Assembly: GCA_942493095.1 (NCBI GenBank)
Contig: OW818675.1
Span: 2,280,001-2,312,000, forward strand
Direction of reading: 5' to 3'
DNA from: Candidatus Electronema halotolerans
GTDB lineage: Bacteria; Desulfobacterota; Desulfobulbia; Desulfobulbales; Desulfobulbaceae
Length of the DNA: 32,000 nucleotides
Shown here: positions 20,151 to 27,640 of the stretch, one piece after another
How positions within the stretch are numbered: position 1 is the first letter of the stretch
Layout of the letters: each line of letters opens with the position of its first letter
Translations under genes and position numbers: made by a program
Notes under the pieces: generated by a model
The model's input: the letters and a program-made list of their open reading frames with translations, nothing else
Told to the model about the DNA's origin: nothing
The model's database searches: none

Positions 20151-20531
20151 ATGCCACAGGAGATGCTGCTGGAAATACCAGAACTCAAAGAAAAACAGAC
20201 TGTCATGGACATGCAACTCATCAGCAATGCGCTGACCGCTGCGGCAGCGTGGCTGGGACTGATTGACAAGCAAGGCTGGCGCATTGGAGGAATCGCAGGG
20301 GCAGCAGTCATTGTTGCAGCTATCGTCTTGGCAATCATCTTGAAAAAAAAGGCAAAGAAAGATAAAAAAGAGAATGAGCCATCTGTCGGCAAAAACATTG
20401 GCAACGGCGCGACGACTGAAGGCAAGATGGAGTTTGAAGACATCGAGCAGAAGGGCAGCCGCACTCAGTCGGTCGGCAAAGGGGCCAAGGCAGGAAAAGG
20501 CATGTCATTCAAAAAGATCCGGCAGGAATGA
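20151..20531 (+). CDS. Small single-TM protein with Lys-rich linker and Gly/Lys-rich C-terminal tail; first gene of the accessory operon
   Basis: IGGIAGAAVIVAAIVLAIILKKKAKKDKKENEP...GNGATTEGKMEFEDIEQKGSRTQSVGKGAKAGKGMSFKKIRQE; start codon uncertain (ATG 20151 or 20163). Confidence 0.6.
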   Translation: MPQEMLLEIPELKEKQTVMDMQLISNALTAAAAWLGLIDKQGWRIGGIAGAAVIVAAIVLAIILKKKAKKDKKENEPSVGKNIGNGATTEGKMEFEDIEQKGSRTQSVGKGAKAGKGMSFKKIRQE

Positions 20532-20532
20532 A

Positions 20533-20922
20533 ATGATGATCGTCAAATGGCATGACAGGAAGGATGTGAAGGCGCACTTCGCCGATTGGAAAAAAAGCGA
20601 TGATCCGTTTCTGCTTCTGCATGTCCCGGACACGCAGGAGATACGCGATGCCCGCCTTTGGATGAAAGCGGAAGTCGCCCCGCTGCGTTTCGCCGCCATG
20701 CAGCATTCTTCCGAGGCGCGAATTGTCAAAGACATCTTTTTGAAGGAACTGGCGGAAGAGCTGGACGGCGACGAGAACTTTCCCGCATTTTATGAGGAAT
20801 TCAACCAAGGGCTGCCCGGTTATTTTCCAGCAGCAATGCGGCAAGGTGTGGGAAACCATGCGCAGGCCGGAGACGAGTTCAGCGCGGAAGAGATCAGCCA
20901 GAATCGTAACTACTCAGCCTGA
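20533..20922 (+). pseudogene. 5' part of an uncharacterised gene interrupted by IS66 (last codons lie inside the IS)
   Basis: MMIVKWHDRKDVKAHFADWKKSDDPFLLLHV...EFSAEEISQNR|NYSA*; joins in frame with the 22515-22969 segment when IS and one TSD copy are removed. Confidence 0.85.
20898..20905. repeat. Left target site duplication CCAGAATC
   Basis: Identical 8-mer directly abuts the right end at 22507-22514. Confidence 0.95.
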
Positions 20923-20923
20923 C

Positions 20924-20960
20924 AAAAAAGGCCGTTTTCAGAAGTGCTGAAGACGGCCTT
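20924..20960 (-). terminator. Strong hairpin with T-runs on both sides, inside the IS end; terminates tnpC and possibly host transcription
   Basis: Plus strand AAAAAAGGCCGTTTTCAGAAGTGCTGAAGACGGCCTTACTCGTTTTTT: stem AAGGCCGTTTTCAG/CTGAAGACGGCCTT (one G-T), minus-strand T6 directly adjacent. Confidence 0.8.
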
Positions 20961-20969
20961 ACTCGTTTT

Positions 20970-22478
20970 TTATACTGCGGCATCGGGGATAAAAGGACTT
21001 CCAAGGAAAGCATCTTTGATCGCTTCAAAAATGTTTCTTGAATTTTTACGGACCGTGGAGATATATCCCCGGATACAGGCGAATCGTTCTGCTCCCTCAA
21101 GTGTTCGGAAGCAGCCGGAAACCTTCTGCTTGACCTTGATCATCCGCACATCTCTTTCCGCCGCGTTGTTGTCGAACGGAACCCGGAAATCATACATGAA
21201 TGCGAGGGTCTCCGCCCTGTAATCACGCATCCGTGTCAGCAAATTGAGCGGCGGAGTCTTCTTCACCCGTCCTCGTTTTTTCTCCTTAGGCGGAGTGAAC
21301 GGATTGTCGGCAAAACCCCGTCGGACGATTTCATCATACCGCCGCTCAAATTCTTCGATCTTCTCCGGCGCGAAGCCGTCCCGATCCGGCTTCAGCTTTT
21401 CAGCCGCGCCTTTTATTTCAAGCAACAGCTCGGCCATCTCGCCGGCCCAAACTTGTCCATACTGTTTTTCTATGAACTTGAGTTCCCGGAGATGATGCGC
21501 ATTGCACAGCGCATGACCGCAGTTTTCATAGCTGAAGTACGATTTCCAATGATCATGCGTCGCTGTTCCTGTGAACTTTCCAAGGATTCCCGCTGCGTCC
21601 ATCGCCTCTTTTCCCCGTTTTTCATGCACCGAATAATGGGTGAGGCAGTTCGTCGAAGCGACATGCAGCCAGTGCAGCTTCCCTTTCACGCGGACTCCGC
21701 TTTCATCGGCATGTAACACATCGGTATTCATGAGCAGTTTTTCGACTGCTTCCGTTGAAGGACGCACGCATCCGCAAAGCTCTTCCGATGCCTTCAGCAG
21801 CGAACCCTCGGAGACGGAATGCCCGGTCAGGTCTTCGATAATCTGCGCAGCCCGTTCAAGCGGAATATGATGCTGGTTCGCGAAATATGCCGCCCAAGTT
21901 TTCACCCCCGTGCCGTAACGGATGCCCTGTCCGACGTTTTCCGGGAATTTGCCTCTGTTTTCCGTGCCGCAGCCGGGACAGATTTTTATTTCCGCTCGAT
22001 GCGAGGTCACTTCAATCCGAATCGCCGGAATATCATAAACCTGCCGTTCCTCCTCTCCGACAGCGACGACATCCGCAAGCGACATTTTGCAAGCCGCGCA
22101 TTCCTCGGATTTATACCTCTCCGTAGAATCCGGCGCCGCAGACCGCTCAAGAGTATGCCCTTGATGACCTGGCTGGCCGCCGTTCGGCTTCCTGCCGGAC
22201 TCTCTCAGACTTTCCGTTCGCTTCGCTTTACCGTATCCATCGCTCGAAGGCGGTTTCCCGCTGTTCCGACTGTTTTTCGACAGCCGGGCCTGCAAATCCT
22301 TCAATATCTCGGACTGCTTGGCTGACTGAGCGGCGAGGTTTTCAACCTGCGCAGTTATACTGCTAAACAGGGCGACGACCGCTTCTTCGCCTTCTGCGTA
22401 TGCAGCACGGACTTCTTTTTCACTAGGAACACTGAAATTCATAACGGCAGCATAATCTTTACCTGTTGATTTTGTCAA
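20970..22478 (-). CDS. tnpC: IS66-family transposase TnpC
   Basis: SKNSRNSGKPPSSDG, ...ERGxQPGHQGHTLE-like, CPGCGTENRGKFPE, VLHADESGVRVKGKLHWLHVAST, THDHWKSYFSYENCGHALCNAHHLREL, DNNAAERDVRMIKVKQKVSGCFRTLEGAERFACIRGYISTVRKN. Confidence 0.96.
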   Translation of the reverse strand: MTKSTGKDYAAVMNFSVPSEKEVRAAYAEGEEAVVALFSSITAQVENLAAQSAKQSEILKDLQARLSKNSRNSGKPPSSDGYGKAKRTESLRESGRKPNGGQPGHQGHTLERSAAPDSTERYKSEECAACKMSLADVVAVGEEERQVYDIPAIRIEVTSHRAEIKICPGCGTENRGKFPENVGQGIRYGTGVKTWAAYFANQHHIPLERAAQIIEDLTGHSVSEGSLLKASEELCGCVRPSTEAVEKLLMNTDVLHADESGVRVKGKLHWLHVASTNCLTHYSVHEKRGKEAMDAAGILGKFTGTATHDHWKSYFSYENCGHALCNAHHLRELKFIEKQYGQVWAGEMAELLLEIKGAAEKLKPDRDGFAPEKIEEFERRYDEIVRRGFADNPFTPPKEKKRGRVKKTPPLNLLTRMRDYRAETLAFMYDFRVPFDNNAAERDVRMIKVKQKVSGCFRTLEGAERFACIRGYISTVRKNSRNIFEAIKDAFLGSPFIPDAAV

Positions 22479-22506
22479 GAGGCTTGGCGGATGCCTGAGT
22501 AGTTAC

Positions 22507-22514
22507 CCAGAATC
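22507..22514. repeat. Right target site duplication CCAGAATC
   Basis: See left copy at 20898-20905. Confidence 0.95.
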
Positions 22515-22969
22515 AAAATGTGAATCTTGTCATCAACGAGCTGCCTTCGCTGAACAAGCTGCGCGAGGAGAACATTGAAAAACTCTCTGATCTGTTTCTG
22601 CACGACTTTCAGCAGTCTTTCGGGGCGCAACAGATGCTGCTCTCGTTTCAGTTCCTCAAGGCGGGTTTTCAAGGCTTCAGCGACGACACAAGACAATGGC
22701 TGCGCAGGTTGTGCAGAAATCTTGTCCGCAGAGGACAGGTAAAAATCTGCATTGTCAATCAGGGCGAGCTGGATGAGCTGCTGGATTTTGACACAGAGCA
22801 CGTTGAAACTGTCAGCCCGTATCTGCGCTTTGATGACATTGTTCAGGAAACCGGCGACGAGGCGTTCTGCTTCGGTTTGGCTGAACCGCCGCACGGCACG
22901 ATCAGTTACAAAGATTTCAAACACAAGTACGCCGCTCGGCTGAAAAGGCAGGCGGCTGCCGCAGCATGA
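22515..22969 (+). pseudogene. 3' part of the IS66-interrupted gene (could restart at GTG 22520)
   Basis: ...QNVNLVINELPSLNKLREENIEKLSDLFLHDFQQSFGAQQ...HKYAARLKRQAAAAA*; same frame as the 5' part after excision. Confidence 0.85.
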
Positions 22970-24498
22970 CCAGCTCAGTGCAGGATATCCTTGACGTGCT
23001 TTCACCGGATGCGGAAAAATCCTTGTCTTTCCTTGCCGTGCCGCCGTATTTGGATGACGGACTGGCCGCAGGCATCTTGGTCAAATCGGGGCTGGCCAAC
23101 GGCAATGCGCCGGAGCTGATCGAGGAAATCCGCTCCTTCCCGATCTGGCACGAGAAGAGCAGGACAGACTGGGGCATTGATGACGATGTCCGGGACTACG
23201 TTCTTTCCAAGCTCAACGGCTCTGCGGAGAGCACGCGCTGCCGGGTGCTGGATGCCCTGCGCAAGATTGAAAGGCCGCCTTCCCCGACTGACAGTCTGCA
23301 CGAATTCGACCTTCAGCTTGCCCGCCTGTCGCTGACCGTGGAGCAGGAGCAGCAGAGCGGCATTGCCGTGCTGCGCCAGTTCTTCAACCTGCACCACGAC
23401 GAAACCTCGCGGGTGGTTGATCTCTACATTGACGAGAGCCTGCCTGCCGAGGTTCCGGCGGGCCGCAGCCTGCCCGATCATCTGCAAAGCGCGTATTTCA
23501 TGCGCGGCCATTACGCTTACAAAAACAAACAGTTCAAAACCGCGCTCCGCTTTCTGGAACCGGTCTGGAAGCGGCGCAGCGGTTCGCCGGAAAGCTGCCA
23601 TGATGCGGCAATTGCGGCCCATCTTGTCGGGCTAATGTGGAGCAGGGAATCCCGGCGGCAGCGGGATGCGGAGAATGCTTATCGTGAAAGCCTTGAGCTG
23701 GGCAAAGCCGATTCGCATCATAAGGCGCAGGTGTGGCACAGCTTGGGCAATCTTCTCAGCAAGAACAGGCAGCGGGGCAAAGAAGCCGAAGACGCTTACC
23801 GCAAAAGTCTTGAGTTGCTGGAACGGACAGGCGATCAATTCGGGCAGGCGCAGGTCTGGCACAGCTTGGGCAATCTTCTCAGCAAGAACAGGCAGCGGGG
23901 CAAAGAAGCCGAAGACGCTTACCGCAAAAGTCTGGTGCTGCTGGAACGAATAGGCGATCAATTCGGGCAGGCGCAGGTCTGGCACAGCTTGGGCAATCTT
24001 CTCAGCAAGAACAGGCAGCGGGGCAAAGAAGCCGAAGACGCTTACCGCAAAAGTCTGGTGCTGGAAGAGCGGAACGGCAATGTCTTCGGCCAAGCGCAGG
24101 TGTGGCACAGCTTGGGCAATCTTCTCAGCAGGAACCGGCGGCTGCAAGAAGCTGAAGACGCTTACCGCAAAAGTCTGGAGCTGGGAAAGGACAATTTGTA
24201 TCATCAGGCGCAGGTCTGGCACAGCTTTGCCAATTTCCTCAGCAAGGATAAAAAACGCTGGCCCGAAGCTGAGGAGCTGTATCAAAAAAGCTATGCGTTT
24301 CTGCACAAAAGCGGAGACCGCTGGGGTGTGGCAATGGTTTCTTCCAGCTTTGGCCGCTTGCTGCTGCGCAAAGGCGATTATGATCAGGCGGAACACTGGC
24401 TGCGTATTTCCTTTGAAGCCAACGCAAAGAATGATTTCTATCGCGACAAGATTGCCGTTTTACTGGAAGAAGTCGCCCTGAAAAAGGCCGGGCGGTAA
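22966..24498 (+). CDS. Uncharacterised ~200-aa N-domain fused to TPR repeats
   Basis: 510 aa; ATGA overlap with the preceding gene; repeated AQVWHSLGNLLSKNRQRGKEAEDAYRKSL units. Confidence 0.85.
   Translation: MTSSVQDILDVLSPDAEKSLSFLAVPPYLDDGLAAGILVKSGLANGNAPELIEEIRSFPIWHEKSRTDWGIDDDVRDYVLSKLNGSAESTRCRVLDALRKIERPPSPTDSLHEFDLQLARLSLTVEQEQQSGIAVLRQFFNLHHDETSRVVDLYIDESLPAEVPAGRSLPDHLQSAYFMRGHYAYKNKQFKTALRFLEPVWKRRSGSPESCHDAAIAAHLVGLMWSRESRRQRDAENAYRESLELGKADSHHKAQVWHSLGNLLSKNRQRGKEAEDAYRKSLELLERTGDQFGQAQVWHSLGNLLSKNRQRGKEAEDAYRKSLVLLERIGDQFGQAQVWHSLGNLLSKNRQRGKEAEDAYRKSLVLEERNGNVFGQAQVWHSLGNLLSRNRRLQEAEDAYRKSLELGKDNLYHQAQVWHSFANFLSKDKKRWPEAEELYQKSYAFLHKSGDRWGVAMVSSSFGRLLLRKGDYDQAEHWLRISFEANAKNDFYRDKIAVLLEEVALKKAGR
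23725..24207 (+). repeat. Four tandem TPR-encoding units (123, 123, 123, 114 bp)
   Basis: Units start at 23725, 23848, 23971, 24094 (gcgcaggt[g/c]tggcacagcttgggcaatcttctcagca...); the first about 85 bp of units 1-3 differ by a single base. Confidence 0.92.
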
Positions 24499-24506
24499 AG
24501 GCGGCC

Positions 24507-25184
24507 TCACCGCCGCTTTCCTCCAGCCACAGGCCGCAGCCACAGCGTCACTGCGCCGTTTTCCGCCCGGATGTCCAGCGGCTCCATGCGCAGGCGCACC
24601 TGCTTGCTGCCAATCGCCCCGGACAAAGGCAGGAGATTGCGCAGCGGCACCTGATATTCCTTGCTCAAGTTGTTGAGCAGGGCCATCAGTCCCTCTTCCG
24701 CCTCATTGCGCCCGCTGGAACTCCTCTTGAACACCGGCGTGAGCAGCAGAAGCTGGCGGTTCCGGTCAAAGCGGAGGGCAACCTCGCAAATCACCGGCAG
24801 GGATAGGCTGCCGAGCTGGATATGAATGTTCTGGCTGCCGACGCTGGCATTCATGCTCAGGTCGCGGCCTGAGAGCTGACCGGCAAGAACGATCCGCCCT
24901 TGCTCCACGCTCAGGGTGCTGATCGAATCAAGGGTGATGCTGCCTTGGAACCGCCTGCCAGCCGCATCAATGTCTTCCACCGGCAGCGGCAGGAGGCTGC
25001 TCAAGGTCTGATGCAGCGCGGCTTCGGGCAGAATCACTGTTACCGGCTGCACTTTAGGCCGTTTGACCGCACGGGGCCGGGCCGTGTTTGCTGCAGGATG
25101 GACAATTTTTTCCGGGGCCGCCTGACTCAGGGCAGGAAGGGCGACGAGAAGCAGCAACAGTGGAATGCGAAGAAAAACAGTCAT
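24507..25184 (-). CDS. Hypothetical exported protein
   Basis: 225 aa with signal peptide MTVFLRIPLLLLLVALPALSQAA. Confidence 0.7.
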   Translation of the reverse strand: MTVFLRIPLLLLLVALPALSQAAPEKIVHPAANTARPRAVKRPKVQPVTVILPEAALHQTLSSLLPLPVEDIDAAGRRFQGSITLDSISTLSVEQGRIVLAGQLSGRDLSMNASVGSQNIHIQLGSLSLPVICEVALRFDRNRQLLLLTPVFKRSSSGRNEAEEGLMALLNNLSKEYQVPLRNLLPLSGAIGSKQVRLRMEPLDIRAENGAVTLWLRPVAGGKRR

Positions 25185-25454
25185 GATCAGCAGTTGTTGG
25201 AATAGGGAGAAGAAGGATTGAGAAACTGCGTTTCAATAGAAGACATGCGTTCACGTGATAAGATTAAATATAGTCCTGCCTGCCCTGCAACTATTGAATG
25301 GCAGGCCCATTGAGGAGAGCACAGCCCTCCATGATGCAAGCGATTTTGACTGATTGAGCCAAGATACGGCGGCGGCTGGGCTTTGTCAACAAAATAGGAA
25401 CGCGGCCCGGCAAGGAGGAGAGCGGCGGAAAACCATCTGCTATGTTTGCCAGAA

Positions 25455-25491
25455 ACCATTCAGCATGTATTGGGGAAACATGCTGAATGGT
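25455..25491. repeat. Perfect 14-bp inverted repeat, 9-nt loop
   Basis: ACCATTCAGCATGT-ATTGGGGAA-ACATGCTGAATGGT. Confidence 0.9.
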
Positions 25492-25520
25492 ATCGGCAAT
25501 GCTGTTCAGCATGTTTTTTT
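25478..25520 (+). terminator. Alternative hairpin with a plus-strand T-run
   Basis: ACATGCTGAA-N17-TTCAGCATGT TTTTTT; shares the middle arm with the 14-bp palindrome. Confidence 0.6.
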
Positions 25521-26832
25521 ATTTGTTATGATGCCGGACAAGGAAGTGCATCCGCAGCCTGTGCAAGGGCGTGATCATAGGCGAGAAGAGCATCTTGAGG
25601 ATGCCGCTGCGCAGGGTCTCGTTTTTACGGAGCAAGTCCATCAGGTCAACAGGAAAATGTTTCAGGCGGTCTTGCAGGCTGGGTTCTTTGATGGCGACAT
25701 GGTAATCAGGGTTGGGCAGGCCGCGCCGCCGCCGTTTGGCCATCTGGATTTCCATCCGGCTTCGCTTGCCCCTGACCATTGCCACAGTCCGGGCCGAGAT
25801 TTTGTCAGCAGGCAGGGGATGAAGGACAATTGCTCCGGCCTGGGCCACTGCCTGCAAAATCTCCCGCCCTTTGGCAGTGCGCTGGAAGACTTGGGTGCAG
25901 TGTTCCAGTTTGCTGAATTCATCCGCATAATCAAAGGCCCAGAAATCTCCCAGGCTGATATCCGCCAGTTCTGAGGTGCCGTCCATGCAGAGGCGGCAGC
26001 GGTCCGGGCCAAAGAGCCGGAACATCACATTGACCACGGTGCCGTAGGCTGCACAGGGATGGAGCGGCACCCCGCTGCCGTCTTTCTTGCGGACAAACAT
26101 GCCGCCCGGCCAGCCGCCGCCCCGGAATTCAAAGCTGGCCACTTCCTCCCTGCGGATGCCCTTGGCTTGCAAGGCCTCCTGCCAAGCATCCCCGCTCATG
26201 GTGCAGGAGCAGCAGAGACCGATGATGACATGGATTTTGGCAAACAGCTTGGGATCAACAAGGGCCAGCTTCCGCAGCCCCTGCACTTGGCAGGGCAGAG
26301 CGACAACGGCAAATCGGCCCTTGCGGCGGCGAATCTCGCGCAAGGCGGCCAAGGAGGGCGTGAGGCAGTATTTGGACTGGGCCGCGCTGCGGATTGCGGC
26401 TGGGGAGTCAGCCAAGCTGCCTTTGGTCAGGTGCTGCCGTTCTGGATCAGCATCCACGACCAGCGCGCCGTCAATCTGGCCGACTGAAAGCAGAAAGAGG
26501 AGCAGGGCCGTGATCAGGCCGCCGCTGGCTCCTGCCCGGCGGGTCTGCTGATCTGCCGCATGAGCGACATAAGCGGACTTGACATGACCAATCAGGCCGC
26601 CCGTGTCGTTTCTGCCGGACAGCTCGCAGGCAAGATCGGGCAGATTGACATCTGCTCCGGGACAGCATTCGACGCAGAAGCCGCATGATGCGCAGCGTCC
26701 GCTCAGAATGGGAAGGTTGTGCTGATCAAAGGCAATGGCATCAGCAGGACAGACACCGGCGCAGATGCCGCAGCAGGTGCAGAGTCCCTGGCTGATGACC
26801 ATCTCATGGAGCAGGGCGAAGTTTGTTGGCAT
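25519..26832 (-). CDS. Coenzyme F420 hydrogenase/dehydrogenase beta-subunit (FrhB)-like iron-sulfur protein of the polysaccharide-locus type
   Basis: Two N-terminal 4Fe-4S motifs (CTCCGICAGVCPADA, CASCGFCVECCPGAD) then SGGLITALLLFLLSVGQIDGALVV..., VALPCQVQGLRKL, CRLCMDGTSELADISLGDFW. Confidence 0.88.
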   Translation of the reverse strand: MPTNFALLHEMVISQGLCTCCGICAGVCPADAIAFDQHNLPILSGRCASCGFCVECCPGADVNLPDLACELSGRNDTGGLIGHVKSAYVAHAADQQTRRAGASGGLITALLLFLLSVGQIDGALVVDADPERQHLTKGSLADSPAAIRSAAQSKYCLTPSLAALREIRRRKGRFAVVALPCQVQGLRKLALVDPKLFAKIHVIIGLCCSCTMSGDAWQEALQAKGIRREEVASFEFRGGGWPGGMFVRKKDGSGVPLHPCAAYGTVVNVMFRLFGPDRCRLCMDGTSELADISLGDFWAFDYADEFSKLEHCTQVFQRTAKGREILQAVAQAGAIVLHPLPADKISARTVAMVRGKRSRMEIQMAKRRRRGLPNPDYHVAIKEPSLQDRLKHFPVDLMDLLRKNETLRSGILKMLFSPMITPLHRLRMHFLVRHHNK

Positions 26833-26893
26833 TCAGAAGTCACACGGCAAGGAATGATACGGGCTGGGATGCAAGCTGTCTGCGCGGAGCTGC

Positions 26894-27640
26894 TCAACTG
26901 TTGGCCTCGCGGCGGCTGATGATCTGAGCCGGCACTCCGGCGACAACGGCGAACGGCGGAACATCTTTTGTCACCACCGCATTGGCCCCGATCACTGCCC
27001 CGTCGCCGATTTGCACGCCGTCGTTGACCACAGCATGAGCACCGACCCAGACATCACAGCCAATGATGATGCCGCCCCGGTCAAGCAACGGCTGCTCGGC
27101 AATCGGTCTGCCGGGATCACTGAAGCTGTGCTGGATGCCGCCGACAAAGCAGTTGCCGCCAAAGAGGCAGTGCTCGCCCACTGTGAGCTGCGAGGCAGTG
27201 CCGAGATAACAGAACGCGCCCACGCTGACGCTGTCCGCCAAAGTGATGGTGCCGCCCCGCGCCCGCACTTGACTGTAGCGGCCAATCAGGACATTGCTGC
27301 CTAAGCGGATGCTCTGTTCGGCCTCGCCCCGGAAGCTGAGAAAGACATGCTCGTCCAGCATGACGTTGTCGCCAAGAAAGATGCGGTGCGGGCCGCGCAG
27401 GGAAAGATGCTGACCAAAGACCGGGTTTCTGCCTGTTGCACCGAACAGGGCTGGATAAAAAATCCGCCGCAGTCCCAGTCCCAGCAGGCCGGGCAGCGGG
27501 CCGAGCAGCAGCGTCAGCAGCTCATGGCGAAGAAGCGGGATCAGGCCGCGCTGGCCGATCACTGTGTCCTGATATTTTTGCAGAGCCGACTTGCGCTGAT
27601 CCTGCATCACCTCGCGGAAACGGTATTGCTGGCCGCTCAT
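26894..27640 (-). CDS. Acyltransferase with left-handed beta-helix (WcaF/WbbJ-like, hexapeptide repeats)
   Basis: NVMLDEHVFLSFRGEAEQSIRLGSNVLIGRYSQVRARGG...IIIGCDVWVGAHAVVNDGVQIGDGAVIGANAVVTKDVPPFAVVAGVPAQII. Confidence 0.9.
   Translation of the reverse strand: MSGQQYRFREVMQDQRKSALQKYQDTVIGQRGLIPLLRHELLTLLLGPLPGLLGLGLRRIFYPALFGATGRNPVFGQHLSLRGPHRIFLGDNVMLDEHVFLSFRGEAEQSIRLGSNVLIGRYSQVRARGGTITLADSVSVGAFCYLGTASQLTVGEHCLFGGNCFVGGIQHSFSDPGRPIAEQPLLDRGGIIIGCDVWVGAHAVVNDGVQIGDGAVIGANAVVTKDVPPFAVVAGVPAQIISRREANS

Larger units (their letters stand above)
20906..22506 (-). mobile_element. Complete IS66-family insertion sequence (1601 bp), tnpC only (ISBst12-like organisation)
   Basis: Left end GTAACTACTCAGCC, right end GCCTGAGTAGTTAC (13/14 inverted match), 8-bp TSD CCAGAATC, full-length TnpC. 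Confidence 0.95.

Noticed and set aside
22475-23005. Minus-strand ORF (176 aa) next to tnpC, a possible IS accessory gene (tnpB)
   Set aside because: It extends beyond the IS right end (22506) and is antisense to the plus-strand gene whose reading frame is continuous across the insertion.
23725-24207. Possible CRISPR array
   Set aside because: Units are contiguous 123-bp coding repeats with no spacers; they translate into TPRs.
23632-24396. Minus-strand ORF with repeated FAVSVFGFFAPLPVLAEKIAQAVPHL units
   Set aside because: Antisense shadow of the TPR repeats; repeats are explained by the sense-strand coding units.
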